Shown: positions 12,209 through 22,428 of the stretch, piece after piece
Layout: each line of letters starts with the position of its first letter
How positions within the stretch are numbered: the stretch's first letter is position 1
Position numbers and translations under genes: made by a program
From: Acidobacteriota bacterium
Lineage (GTDB): Bacteria; Acidobacteriota; UBA6911; JACQSX01
Direction: 5' to 3'
Length of the DNA: 64,000 nucleotides
Assembly (NCBI GenBank): GCA_016211105.1
Contig: JACQSX010000028.1
Span: 8,635 to 72,634 of the forward strand
The notes under the pieces: model-generated
Seen by the model: only the letters and a program-made list of their open reading frames with translations
What the model was told of the DNA's origin: nothing
Database searches by the model: none

Positions 12209-12811
12209 ATGAGCGTGGAGCAGGAAATCAAGATTGTAGCTGAAGTAGATAAAGAGGATATTGCTGTCTGCAGGTTTACGGTTGACCGGCCAGTGTATGC
12301 GGGTCGTGTGGACTTTGCCCGCAGTGGGGGAGCGAAAGGCGTGCCCTTGGCTGAAAAACTTTTCGAGATCGAGGACATTACTCAGGTCTCAATGTTCGGC
12401 CCTGTTGTGGTGGTTAGCAAGCTTGCAGATCGAAGTTGGAGAGAGATCGGAAAACAAGTCGGAGCCGCCATCCGTGAATACCTGAAATCGGGGATGGGCC
12501 CGACCGAAGAGCGGTTCCAGGCTTCTCTAGCGGAGCCCGCCGCGATGCGAAAGAAGATTCAAGAACTTTTCGACGCCCAAATCAACCCCGGCGTAGCGAC
12601 GCATGGGGGGTGGGTGGAACTGATCGATGTCAAGGATAATAACGTTTATCTGCGTATGGGCGGTGGCTGCCAGGGGTGCGGGATGGCCGATGTAACTTTG
12701 AAACAAGGCATCGAGGCATTAATTCGGGAGAAAGTCCCCGAAGTCTGGCAAGTGCTCGACGTAACCGACCACGCAGGGGGCACCAATCCTTACTACGAGC
12801 CGGCCAAGTAA
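12209..12811 (+). CDS. NifU/NfuA-family Fe-S carrier
   Basis: Nfu N-terminal domain plus INPGVATHGG..GGCQGC. Confidence 0.88.
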   Translation: MSVEQEIKIVAEVDKEDIAVCRFTVDRPVYAGRVDFARSGGAKGVPLAEKLFEIEDITQVSMFGPVVVVSKLADRSWREIGKQVGAAIREYLKSGMGPTEERFQASLAEPAAMRKKIQELFDAQINPGVATHGGWVELIDVKDNNVYLRMGGGCQGCGMADVTLKQGIEALIREKVPEVWQVLDVTDHAGGTNPYYEPAK

Positions 12812-12881
12812 GGATGAGGTCAAAAAGTTGACCGCACGATTCATCTGTGTTGTATTCGTTTGCGACTAGAGCGACCGTCCT

Positions 12882-14171
12882 ATGCCGCGTGTCCTGCTAC
12901 TTTTCCCCACGACAACCTACCGCGCAGAAGCGTTTCTCAGGGCAGCGACGCGGTTGGGCGCAGAGATAACGGTCGCCACCGAGGAAGATACCGCGTTGAC
13001 CGGGTTGAATCCTCACCGATTGCTGACGCTTGACTTTGACGATCCTGCTGGAGCCGTGCGCCGAGTAGCAGGATTTGCTCGTGAATATCCCATTGACGCA
13101 GTTGTGCCGGTGGATGAGCAATCGGCTGTAGTTGCCGCCGCTCTTGCTGCGGCCTTATCCCTGCGCCAGAACTCGCTCCAGTCAACCTTGGCGGCGGGAA
13201 ACAAGTACCGGATGCGCGAGATCTTACGACGGGGAGGGATACGCACTCCTTCGTATCAACTCTTTTCGGTGGACGACAATCCTGAGTTCCTGGCTGGTGA
13301 GGTTAAGTACCCTTGTGTTGTCAAACCGTTGATCCTGTCAGGCAGTCGTGGTGTTATCCGCGCCGATACTGAAGAGGACTTTGTGCGCGCTTTCCGGAGA
13401 TTGGCAGCGATCCTTTGTGCCCCCGACGTTGCAAAATGCGGTGCTGCCGCGCGACAGATCCTTGTCGAAGACTTTATAGCGGGGAAGGAGGTAGCCGCCG
13501 AAGGACTCCTCTCCGGTGGCAAGCTCCACGTGTTGGCGATCTTCGACAAGCCGGACCCGCTTGATGGTCCGTTCTTTGAAGAGACTATTTATGTCACCCC
13601 CTCAAGATTGGCGCCGACGGCGCAGGCGGAGATTTCCTCCTGTGTGGCGGCTGCGGCTAAGGCGCTGGGTCTTACAGAAGGTCCGCTGCACGCGGAACTG
13701 CGCGTAAGTGAAGCGGGACCGTGGATCATTGAAGTGGCGGCGCGGTCGATCGGCGGACGTTGTTCTCGGGCTTTGCGCTTCGACGGCGGGGCGTCGCTTG
13801 AAGAAGTCATCTTGCGACATGCTCTCGGTATGGAGATTCAGTCGATCCAACGCGAGCAAGAGGCGGCGGGTGTGATGATGATTCCAATACCGAAGGGCGG
13901 GATACTGAAGGAAATCAACGGCGTGGTGGAGGCAAAGAATGTCGTTGGGATTGAGGAAGTCTCGATCACCGCTCACAAGGGGCAAGAACTAGTGCCTCTT
14001 CCTGAAGGATCGCGTTACTTGGGCTTCATCTTCGCTCGTGGCGCCACTTCGGAGAGCGTCGAGGTAGCGCTGCGTCGGGCCCATTGTCACCTTGACTTCG
14101 TCATTGAAGCGGAGGTGACCAAGGCGCGATGGCACGACGTCGGACTGGTAGGTCCGCCTTGCAGAATGTAG
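12882..14171 (+). CDS. ATP-grasp domain protein
   Basis: YPCVVKPLILSGSRGV, LVEDFIAG, IFDKPDPLDGPFFEET, IEVAARSIGG. Confidence 0.88.
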   Translation: MPRVLLLFPTTTYRAEAFLRAATRLGAEITVATEEDTALTGLNPHRLLTLDFDDPAGAVRRVAGFAREYPIDAVVPVDEQSAVVAAALAAALSLRQNSLQSTLAAGNKYRMREILRRGGIRTPSYQLFSVDDNPEFLAGEVKYPCVVKPLILSGSRGVIRADTEEDFVRAFRRLAAILCAPDVAKCGAAARQILVEDFIAGKEVAAEGLLSGGKLHVLAIFDKPDPLDGPFFEETIYVTPSRLAPTAQAEISSCVAAAAKALGLTEGPLHAELRVSEAGPWIIEVAARSIGGRCSRALRFDGGASLEEVILRHALGMEIQSIQREQEAAGVMMIPIPKGGILKEINGVVEAKNVVGIEEVSITAHKGQELVPLPEGSRYLGFIFARGATSESVEVALRRAHCHLDFVIEAEVTKARWHDVGLVGPPCRM

Positions 14172-14247
14172 ATTTCCCGCGCATTCTCCAGAAAGCTCTG
14201 TTCAGGATTGCGGAGAGGGAATTGCAAATTTCCTGATGGCGACATGG

Positions 14248-14817
14248 TCATCGGATATCATCCGGAGTATCCTCTTTTCCGTCCGGCCCATTCGAAATGA
14301 TTGTCGGTTTCCCGTTGGATATTCTCATCCTGTATTCATGATGCCATCCGTCCACACGGATGACCCGGTTCAAATATTTGGGGCTTAGCTTGTCGATCAG
14401 ATCGACAAAGTCGGATGCGGAGGGGGGCACGCCTTCTTGGACGTTGTATTTTTCGATTGCGTCCAGGATTGACTGCATATCCTGGCGAGTATGCCGCGCT
14501 CGGATATTGTCCAGTGCCTCTTTCAGATCTTGGACACTTTCCCATCCGAGTTCGCCTAAACGCACTTCTTTTAGAACCCATCGATTATTCTCTCTTTGGA
14601 ATCGAAAACCGGTGGTCACGGTGCCTTCAGCGGTAGCCATGGAACCGAAAGAGTTAAAATCGCTGAACAGGATTAAAGGGCTGAGCGATTCAAGCTCGCT
14701 CCCCCGTAGCAGATTCCCGGCTAGTCTTTCTCCCTTGCTTCTGCTCGCGCAGCCCGCGCAACTCAAAATGCAACTGACGGTGAGGAGCGTCCATCCAATG
14801 CTTTTCTTTCCGTACAT
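14248..14817 (-). CDS. Lipoprotein with GspG-like C-terminal domain
   Basis: Lipobox-like CAGC; DGWHHEY..ISNGPDGKEDTPDDI; start uncertain. Confidence 0.65.
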   Translation of the reverse strand: MYGKKSIGWTLLTVSCILSCAGCASRSKGERLAGNLLRGSELESLSPLILFSDFNSFGSMATAEGTVTTGFRFQRENNRWVLKEVRLGELGWESVQDLKEALDNIRARHTRQDMQSILDAIEKYNVQEGVPPSASDFVDLIDKLSPKYLNRVIRVDGWHHEYRMRISNGKPTIISNGPDGKEDTPDDIR

Positions 14818-14963
14818 AGTGTCATCCTTACTAGCGAATTCGCAAACTGATCGCGAAGTTAAGTATAAGTATAGAGAGGAAATGGAAGTATTGTGAAGGC
14901 GAACCAAGGTGCTATCTTCGTAGGCAAGGTGATGGTTATTTTTACGGATCGCTTGCCCTCTGT

Positions 14964-17084
14964 ATGAGCAAGCCGCCTTTGAGATTGGATACGCCAATTC
15001 AGTTTGTCAAGGGAGTGGGCCCCCGCCGGGCCTCTGACCTCTCTAAGGAACGAATCGCAACGGTAGAGGATTTTCTGCTGTATTTGCCGTTCCGTTACGA
15101 GGATCGATCCAAGTTTAAGAAAATTTCGGAGTTGCGGGATGGGGAAGTTGCCGTCGTTCTTGGGCAAGTGGCATTGACCGGTATTCGGCATGCTCAGCGC
15201 AAGAGACTTTCTATTTTGGAAGTGGTAGTCCGCGACGAAAGTGCATTGCTCGGTTTAAAGTTTTTTAATCAACCCTTTCTCAAGAACATCATTCGGCGCG
15301 GAGACTGGGTAGTGGCGTACGGTGAAGTGCGATGGGATCCATTTAAGCCGGGCCGTCTCAGCATGCAGCATGCGGAGTTTGAGATCATCGACAATCCCAT
15401 GCACAAGCAGGTTCATGTAGGGCGGATCACTCCAATTTACAGAAGGATCGGCACAGTTAGTGGAAAAGTCATCCGGCAGATTGAGTGGGACGTGCAGCAG
15501 GAAATCGATGAAAAGGTCCCCGCATGGTTGCCTCGGGCGGTAGAGGCCAAGTTGGGTTTGCCGGACCGAACTACTGCGGTCTTGGGGTTACATGCGCCTC
15601 CCCTTGACTACTCGAAGGCGGAAAGGCTGAAAGAGCTGAACGCGTTTCAGTCTCCATTTCATTTTCGCCTGATCGTTGAAGAATTTTTCCTGTTTCAAAC
15701 CGGATTACTGATCGCGCGGCAAAGGCGAGAGGAGCGGATCAAGGACCGGAAAATAGAAATCACCGATTCCATTCGTGAGCGCCTAAAAAGGATGCTCCCC
15801 TTTCATCCTACCGCAGCCCAGAAGGAGGTTCTGCGGGAAATTGTGGAAGATTTACAAAGCCGTCATCCGATGAATCGACTGCTTCAAGGAGATGTGGGAA
15901 GCGGGAAAACTATCGTTGCGGCCCAGGCGGCACTGGTCGTGGTTGATAACGGGTGGCAGGTGGCAGTCATGGCTCCGACCGAAATCCTGGCGGAGCAGCA
16001 TTATCGGACTTTCAGCAAATTGTTTGCTCCTCTGGGTGTGAACACCGCGTTGCTCTCGCGACCCACTTCAAAGCAAGAGCGGTCCGAAATTCAAAAGGCT
16101 TTAAGCAACCGTTCTCTGAATCTGCTCATCGGAACGCATGCGCTCATTCAGGGTGTAGTGCAATTTTCCAAACTCGGTTTTGTCATCATCGATGAACAGC
16201 ACCGTTTCGGAGTGATGCAACGCTCTGCGCTAATGGGAAAAGGAGAAAACGTTGACACCTTGATCATGACAGCCACCCCGATTCCGCGCTCGCTGGCGAT
16301 GACGGTGTATGGCGATTTGGATGTGTCCGTCATCGATCAGCTTCCACCGGGTAGAAAGCCGATCCGCACCATCCTCAAGTCCCAAGCGAATCGCGAAGAG
16401 GTGTACGAACTGGTGGAGAGAGAGATCGCCGCGCGCCGTCAAGCGTATGTCGTCTACCCGCTCATTGAAGAATCGGAAAAGGTTAATTTGCGCGCAGTTA
16501 AAACGATGGGTGAAGAACTATGCCGCCGTTTTCCCAAGCTTCGCATTGGGGTGCTGCACGGCAGGCTGAAACCTGCAGAAAAAGACAAGTTGATGGGCAA
16601 GTTTGCCGCCGCGCAGATTGATATTCTGGCCGCAACAACCGTAGTTGAGGTGGGCATCGATGTACCCAACGCCACGGTTATGGTGGTGGAACATGCCGAA
16701 AGATTCGGTCTCTCCCAGTTGCATCAGTTGCGCGGCCGCGTCGGGCGGGGCGCGCAAGAGTCCATCTGCGTGCTCCTGGTGGATCGTGTCAGTTCAGAGG
16801 ATGCCTGGGAGCGGTTACAGATTATGAAGAAATCGCAAGACGGATTTTTGATTGCGGAGAAAGATCTAGAAATTCGAGGGCCAGGCGAGTTTGCGGGCAC
16901 GCGCCAGTCTGGGGTTCCGTTATTTCGGCACGGGAATCTGTTGCGTGATCTCAAGCTCATGCAAATCGCCCGCGAGGAAGCCGCTAGCTACCTGCGAAGC
17001 TTAAGTGGCAACGAAAGAGATTTCTATGTTGCGAAAATGGGAAAGGCTTGGCAAGCCAAATTTCAGCTAAGCAGAGTGGGATGA
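14964..17084 (+). CDS. recG: ATP-dependent DNA helicase RecG
   Basis: QGDVGSGKT, DEQHRFG, MTATPIPR, QLRGRVGRG. Confidence 0.97.
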   Translation: MSKPPLRLDTPIQFVKGVGPRRASDLSKERIATVEDFLLYLPFRYEDRSKFKKISELRDGEVAVVLGQVALTGIRHAQRKRLSILEVVVRDESALLGLKFFNQPFLKNIIRRGDWVVAYGEVRWDPFKPGRLSMQHAEFEIIDNPMHKQVHVGRITPIYRRIGTVSGKVIRQIEWDVQQEIDEKVPAWLPRAVEAKLGLPDRTTAVLGLHAPPLDYSKAERLKELNAFQSPFHFRLIVEEFFLFQTGLLIARQRREERIKDRKIEITDSIRERLKRMLPFHPTAAQKEVLREIVEDLQSRHPMNRLLQGDVGSGKTIVAAQAALVVVDNGWQVAVMAPTEILAEQHYRTFSKLFAPLGVNTALLSRPTSKQERSEIQKALSNRSLNLLIGTHALIQGVVQFSKLGFVIIDEQHRFGVMQRSALMGKGENVDTLIMTATPIPRSLAMTVYGDLDVSVIDQLPPGRKPIRTILKSQANREEVYELVEREIAARRQAYVVYPLIEESEKVNLRAVKTMGEELCRRFPKLRIGVLHGRLKPAEKDKLMGKFAAAQIDILAATTVVEVGIDVPNATVMVVEHAERFGLSQLHQLRGRVGRGAQESICVLLVDRVSSEDAWERLQIMKKSQDGFLIAEKDLEIRGPGEFAGTRQSGVPLFRHGNLLRDLKLMQIAREEAASYLRSLSGNERDFYVAKMGKAWQAKFQLSRVG

Positions 17085-17746
17085 TGCGCATCATTGCCGG
17101 AAAATTTAAGGGAAGAATTCTTCACTCCTTTTCCGGACGAAGCGTGCGTCCTACCAGTGACCGGCTCCGCGAAACTCTGTTTGATATCTTGCAAGACGAT
17201 GTGGAAGGCTCTTTGGTATGGGACGCTTTTGCGGGAACCGGAGCGCTTGGGTTGGAAGCCCTCAGCCGGGGCGCAAAGTGGGTGGTATTTACGGAGAAGA
17301 GCCGGCAAGCGTTGAGGCTGCTGCAAAAAAATATTCGTTTGCTGGGTGTTTCTGGCTCGGTTCGACTAGTTCAGGGCGATGCCGTCAGTTGGGCGTCGCG
17401 TCTAGGATATTGCTTTGATCTGGTTTTTTTGGATCCGCCCTACGACTTTCACAGCTATCTGGATCTCGCCTTGGCAATTGGGACGCATCGAGTTTGCCGG
17501 CCGCAGGGGAAAATCATTTTGGAGCATCACAAAAACTCTTCCCATGTCGCGAGGCTATTGAAAAGTTTCAAATCGGCACGACAAGTGCGTCAGGGAGAGT
17601 CCGTGCTTTCTTTTTTTTTCGGAGAAGAGTTCATTCGTGGCTCGGCCGACTGGATGGCACATCGAGTCTCGCTATATACGGCAGATCCCGATATTCTTCC
17701 CCGTAATCCAACCCGTAGCCGATCACGTACTCCTCGCCGATCGTAA
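17081..17746 (+). CDS. rsmD: 16S rRNA m2G966 methyltransferase RsmD
   Basis: MRIIAGK, RPTSDRLRETLF, FAGTGALGLEALSRGA, DPPY. Confidence 0.93.
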   Translation: MMRIIAGKFKGRILHSFSGRSVRPTSDRLRETLFDILQDDVEGSLVWDAFAGTGALGLEALSRGAKWVVFTEKSRQALRLLQKNIRLLGVSGSVRLVQGDAVSWASRLGYCFDLVFLDPPYDFHSYLDLALAIGTHRVCRPQGKIILEHHKNSSHVARLLKSFKSARQVRQGESVLSFFFGEEFIRGSADWMAHRVSLYTADPDILPRNPTRSRSRTPRRS

Positions 17747-18209
17747 AGCCTCGATAGTCGATGGGCACGTCAATAATTCGGATCGATTTACGATCCAGCA
17801 ACGTGCAGATCGAAAGAGATGCAGGGTGGCGTGCCCTCAGGTTTCTCAAGAGGTAGTTGGTGCTGAAGCCCGTATCGATGATGTCTTCGATAATCAGGAT
17901 GTTTCTGGCCTGGACATCGGAGTCAAGATCCTTGAGGATGGCTATTCCGGTAGGGCGCCCGTGCTTCCGAAACTTGGTGATCGACATAAAGTCCAGCTTC
18001 ACGGGCAGGTCAATTTGCCGAATCAAGTCGCAAGTAAATACGACGGCGCCTTTTAACATCGCTACGACCAGGAGATCTCGACCGGAAAAATCGCGGGTGA
18101 TTTCCCGTCCTATCTGCGTAACACGGGCGTCGAGAACTTGTTGGGAAAAGAGCACTTCTCCCAAGCCGAGGTAATTCTTGAAGTTCAGGGTTGTTTCATT
18201 CAATGCCAA
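17631..18209 (-). CDS. hpt: Hypoxanthine phosphoribosyltransferase
   Basis: MLKGAVVF, LIIEDIIDTG, YVIGYGLDY..YRDLP. Confidence 0.94.
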   Translation of the reverse strand: MALNETTLNFKNYLGLGEVLFSQQVLDARVTQIGREITRDFSGRDLLVVAMLKGAVVFTCDLIRQIDLPVKLDFMSITKFRKHGRPTGIAILKDLDSDVQARNILIIEDIIDTGFSTNYLLRNLRARHPASLSICTLLDRKSIRIIDVPIDYRGFTIGEEYVIGYGLDYGEEYRDLPYIARLDVPSSRPSHE

Positions 18210-18561
18210 GTTTGAGCAACAGGCTTTCGAAACTCCTTCGATAAATGATTACCAGGCTCACTTCAGGATAAAGTTGTCGAAATAGACGGATCTTGCGGTT
18301 TTTCTTTGTGACGTGCTTCTGCCGGAGAGTCGTTACTTCTATAAACACGTTGTATTCGGGCAGATAGAAATCCGGAGTGAAACTTTCAGTTACCTTTCCC
18401 TCCGGATCACGCGCCAACGGAAAACAAACCGCTTCGTAAAGCCACTGGATGCGATAGAACGACAAAAGGTCGGAAAAATCCTTTTCGCTAGGATGGGCGA
18501 AAGAGAGAGGCGCGAGTGTGTTGCAGCTAAACTCCTGAGTAGATTCGACCTTGGTTTCCAA
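18196..18561 (-). CDS. Small PD-(D/E)xK nuclease-like protein coupled to hpt
   Basis: FAHPSE..FTPDFYLP..FIEVTT..KKNRK; overlaps hpt start. Confidence 0.6.
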   Translation of the reverse strand: METKVESTQEFSCNTLAPLSFAHPSEKDFSDLLSFYRIQWLYEAVCFPLARDPEGKVTESFTPDFYLPEYNVFIEVTTLRQKHVTKKNRKIRLFRQLYPEVSLVIIYRRSFESLLLKLGIE

Positions 18562-18620
18562 TACTGCGTCCTTCAGGCATAATTTTAGGTCGAGGAACCT
18601 GGCCAGTCAAGAAAAGAATA

Positions 18621-21122
18621 CTATACCTTGGGTTGATAGTGATCTTTGCTACAGTATCTAGTAGTAAGCGTTGCCAGGAGGACGGCGAGAAACGAAAGCC
18701 ACTCGCCACCGCCAGATGGCGGGTGCGGGTAATGCGGCGCAATCAGGATATACGGAGCCCAAAAGTAAGGGTTGGACATAGAAACCGAGTAGACCCCGAC
18801 CTGGAATGAATTTCGGCGGAACTGGAGGCGAGCCCGACGAAAATTTTGAGCCAGTGAAGCCTCGCGCAATGGCAGTCGATAAAACTCAGCTAGCAGCCGT
18901 GTGGAATGTTGGTCGATCGGCCACAGTGTGGCGATGATCTGGCGGGCTCCGGCGGCTTGAAATCCGCTGGATAAACCAAGAAGTCCATTTCCAAATCCGG
19001 AAATCTCACCGGCTGAGTCACAGGAACTCAGCACAATCAAACGATAGGCTAATCGGGTTTGGGCGATCTGGCGAGCAGTAACAACATCTTGAGTGGCCAG
19101 GGTAGACAGCGCCGGGAATGTTTGGTTTGACAGCGAGTGCCCAGCATAATGGAGCATGTCACTCCGGTTTTGACGTACTTCGTCCCAAGTCCCTGCCACG
19201 TGGGTACCCCGAGGTAAGAAGGCCAGATCCTCGACCGGACCGTCCAGCCACGCCGTCAGACTTTCTAAGGTACGCGGTTTGCCTTCAGGAACATGCAGCG
19301 TATCCCAATAGCGAATGGCAGCCTTTTCTAACAGCGGTCTCCCGCTGTTACTTTCAAGTATTTCAAAGGGAACCGCGTGGAGTTTGCCGTCTGGTAGGAT
19401 GGTCCAGCAGCGAGTGCCGGCAAGGTCGCTTTCCAGCGGTTCAATTACCGTGCGGTACAGGAGATTCGCGATTTGCCGATTGTAAAGAGGCGCCAGCAAA
19501 TTGACAGTGTGGCCGAATGGGGCAACTAGAGAGTCGATATGACTTCCCAGGGTTGATTCGGGCGTATTCAGTACAATGCAGTCTAGCGTCTCGCGCCGTA
19601 TGATCCAGACAAAAGTTCGTTGGTCGGTGACACAAAAATCGATGACTGCGCAGTCCGGTCCCAGGCTTTGCTGTAACAAGTGCAGGGCAGGGTGAGGTCT
19701 GCCTCGCGCAAAGCTCTTGCCCATTTCCCAGACGGTCAAGCCCTGGTAGATTTTCCCCTGCTGGACGAAGGCGGATGTCCAGAGTCTGGCTACCTCCAGG
19801 ACCCGCGCGGAGAAATTGAATTCAAAGTCAGTACCCAGCTTGTGTCTCTGCAGATGAAGGAAGGCTTCCCGACAACTTTCCTCGACTCTTTTCAGATTTC
19901 TCTCCCGATAATAGATTTGCGCGCGCAGAAGTTCCATCTGCCAGCGATTTGGGTCGTCTTTGACAAGCAAGGGGGCAGCCTCGGCAAGCAGTCTGGACGC
20001 CTCCGCGCCGGAGGGAGCAACCCGGAGAGCATCACAAAGGGCGTCAGAAATGAATTCTGGATTCTTCGTTTGTTCAGCCTCCCGCAATGACGATGTTGCC
20101 AGGGCCAGTGCTTGATTCGTTTTGCCGATTGAGCGCAGATATTGCTGATGCAGACTGAGACGTTGAAAGTACGCTGCTGACTTCTTCGGCGCCGCCTTGG
20201 CAAGGATGACTCGAGCGTCTTCGGCATGGTGCAGTGCCAATAAACAGTCCGCAATATTGTTCTCCACCGTGGGCACGTCGGGATGCCCCGGGGGAAGAAA
20301 TCTCAGGCACTGACGATAGTATTCAAGGGCCGCCTTGAAATTGCCGCATTCATGGTAAAGCGTAGCCAGGTTGTTGGCGGCGGCAGCGATTCCCTCGCGA
20401 TACTCGATGGCTGCGTGGAGTTCCAGAGCGTGGTAGTAGTGCTGTAAAGCGGGATAAAGATCCCCCTGTTTTTGCGAGTTCATACCCAGGTTTTCCTGGA
20501 CCATGGCGTCAAGATGTGTGGGATTTTCTGAGCGCTGCAATGTCAGGCATTGAGACAACCAGCGATTCGATTCGGGAAATCGGCCTTCATCGGCAAGAGT
20601 GTAGGCGATGAGGAACAAAAGGTGCTGTTGCTGCCACCGCCGGTCGCCTGCCCTGGCAATTTGCAGAGCCTTTTCGAACTGTTCCCTCGCTTGGCGCCAG
20701 TTCCCGTTTTGCTTATCGCGCAGGCCCCTTTCCTTATACCCGTAAATCTCTTTCAGTGAGCTAGCATCCAAGCTGGCGATTTCGCTGAGAGCGTGGTTAC
20801 GCAGTTGTGGTTGCAGCAGTAGCAGGGCATGTCGGTACCTCCGAGCGAATTCCTCGCCGTGCGTCGCCAGCCCCTTTTCGAAGGCTTTGCTTGCCTCGTT
20901 CTGATGGTCGAGAAAGATCGCCTTGGCCCGAGCCAGATCCGCGCGCCGCAAAGCGCGAAGGAAGTCGCCCGCCACATCCGGTTTGACGGGTGAGATAAGC
21001 GCCAGGGATACGATCGGGGCGCAAAGCAGGGTCGAGAGGGGCAAGCCTCTGAGCCGCAATCGCGCACGTCCGGAAACGACCGCAATGTCTTCCATCCTGA
21101 CGTTCCGTTTCTGACTCGACAC
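18621..21122 (-). CDS. TPR + CHAT (caspase-like) domain protein
   Basis: TPR helices; ILPDGKLHAVPFE, LHYAGHS (His), VLSSCDS (Cys), IATLWPI, NPYFWAPY. Confidence 0.9.
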   Translation of the reverse strand: MSSQKRNVRMEDIAVVSGRARLRLRGLPLSTLLCAPIVSLALISPVKPDVAGDFLRALRRADLARAKAIFLDHQNEASKAFEKGLATHGEEFARRYRHALLLLQPQLRNHALSEIASLDASSLKEIYGYKERGLRDKQNGNWRQAREQFEKALQIARAGDRRWQQQHLLFLIAYTLADEGRFPESNRWLSQCLTLQRSENPTHLDAMVQENLGMNSQKQGDLYPALQHYYHALELHAAIEYREGIAAAANNLATLYHECGNFKAALEYYRQCLRFLPPGHPDVPTVENNIADCLLALHHAEDARVILAKAAPKKSAAYFQRLSLHQQYLRSIGKTNQALALATSSLREAEQTKNPEFISDALCDALRVAPSGAEASRLLAEAAPLLVKDDPNRWQMELLRAQIYYRERNLKRVEESCREAFLHLQRHKLGTDFEFNFSARVLEVARLWTSAFVQQGKIYQGLTVWEMGKSFARGRPHPALHLLQQSLGPDCAVIDFCVTDQRTFVWIIRRETLDCIVLNTPESTLGSHIDSLVAPFGHTVNLLAPLYNRQIANLLYRTVIEPLESDLAGTRCWTILPDGKLHAVPFEILESNSGRPLLEKAAIRYWDTLHVPEGKPRTLESLTAWLDGPVEDLAFLPRGTHVAGTWDEVRQNRSDMLHYAGHSLSNQTFPALSTLATQDVVTARQIAQTRLAYRLIVLSSCDSAGEISGFGNGLLGLSSGFQAAGARQIIATLWPIDQHSTRLLAEFYRLPLREASLAQNFRRARLQFRRNSFQVGVYSVSMSNPYFWAPYILIAPHYPHPPSGGGEWLSFLAVLLATLTTRYCSKDHYQPKV

Positions 21123-21175
21123 GTTCGCCTTTCCCGCGACGGCAACTTCTCGAGGGCGTCGGGATTACCCGCCCG

Positions 21176-21847
21176 TCACCTGCGTAATTTACCGAGTAGA
21201 GAGATCGCTTCTTGTTGGAACTCGCCGGCGCTGCGCGCAGCCCTGTCCAAATATTTCTTGGTTCCGGCTTCGTCTCCCTGGCGTAGTCGCAAATTGGCCA
21301 GATACCATTGCACGCGGTTGTCTTGTGGATTCCGTCGGGCCAGCTCGGTGAAGAGTTTTTCAGATTCCACAAGCTGGTTCCGTGCGTAAAGGACATTGGC
21401 TAGATAAAAAACGCCTTCGTAGTCTTCCGGGTGCTGTGCCAAGAATTGTCGAAACTGTCTTTCAGCGCTTGGCCAGTCGTTTTGCGCATAGGCGCGTGCC
21501 GCCGCAATAAAGCCGTCAGGCAGACGGGGGGACCGGAGTTGCGGCGGCACCATCGGATAGGGTGTACTTACGGCTAATTGGGTCACGTCCCTGGGTGTCA
21601 TTGCAAGCCAATATCCGATCAGACCTGCGAGAACAATCCCGGCAGCAATTGGCCAAGTTCGGATGCGCCAGTCCGAAACGGATCGGAGGCGCCTCAGTGC
21701 AACCCGATTCTCGCGTATTTCTAACAGTAGACGCAGGCGGTCGTTGCAGTCGGCACACCGTTCTAAGTGCTCGGTCACCGAAGACGTCTCCGCAGCATCG
21801 AGTTCAGATCTCAAAAACCCGGTTAGGTCGATTTCCTGGCATTGCAT
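21176..21847 (-). CDS. zf-HC2 anti-sigma factor with TPR domain
   Basis: HLERCADC, TM helix, C-terminal TPR. Confidence 0.82.
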   Translation of the reverse strand: MQCQEIDLTGFLRSELDAAETSSVTEHLERCADCNDRLRLLLEIRENRVALRRLRSVSDWRIRTWPIAAGIVLAGLIGYWLAMTPRDVTQLAVSTPYPMVPPQLRSPRLPDGFIAAARAYAQNDWPSAERQFRQFLAQHPEDYEGVFYLANVLYARNQLVESEKLFTELARRNPQDNRVQWYLANLRLRQGDEAGTKKYLDRAARSAGEFQQEAISLLGKLRR

Positions 21848-22398
21848 GACTGCTCAACCTTCCAATATCCTTTTTTATGAAGAGCTTTCCGTATCCGGTC
21901 CAATCCGAGGATCATGCGACTGCGAAGTGTGGAGATGGGAATGCCAGTGGATTGGCTAAGCGCTGTCAGCGTGGGAGGCGATTCCTCCAGCACCAGCATC
22001 TGAATCGCAAATCGCTGTTCTTCGGGCAGTTTCCTCAGTTCCTGCATAATCTGGCGCAATCGCTGGTGATTGAACCTGGCTTCTTCCTTCTGAAGCAATT
22101 GTTGAATGGGAGAGTTCGTGCGCACGTCGGCCACGCGGTCCGCCTCAGCCAGATCTTCTTGAGCATTCTCTTTACGGCGGTGGTGGTAAAAATCAATGGA
22201 GGTATTGGTCACGATGCGCTTCAGATAGAGGAGTGCTTCATCGGGTTGGTCAATGTCAAGGCGCGAACGCAGTGCTCGTCGAAAGGCCTCTTGGATGATC
22301 TCCTCAGTAGTATCCGCGCGACGGACGATGGCGAAAGCGATATGCTTGAAGAGGCGTAGATGGCTCGCCCAGAGCCCTTCCAAAAGGTAAGGATCCAT
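21823..22398 (-). CDS. ECF RNA polymerase sigma factor
   Basis: EEIIQEAF..YLKRIVTN region 2; LPEEQR..GIPISTLRSR region 4. Confidence 0.85.
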   Translation of the reverse strand: MDPYLLEGLWASHLRLFKHIAFAIVRRADTTEEIIQEAFRRALRSRLDIDQPDEALLYLKRIVTNTSIDFYHHRRKENAQEDLAEADRVADVRTNSPIQQLLQKEEARFNHQRLRQIMQELRKLPEEQRFAIQMLVLEESPPTLTALSQSTGIPISTLRSRMILGLDRIRKALHKKGYWKVEQSCNARKST

Positions 22399-22428
22399 TT
22401 TGTCGCCTAACAGGCGGACAAGGCCAGC

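Noticed and set aside
17631-17746. 116-bp convergent overlap of rsmD and hpt
   Set aside because: The rsmD tail beyond the T-run looks like a non-conserved extension; no evidence of function.
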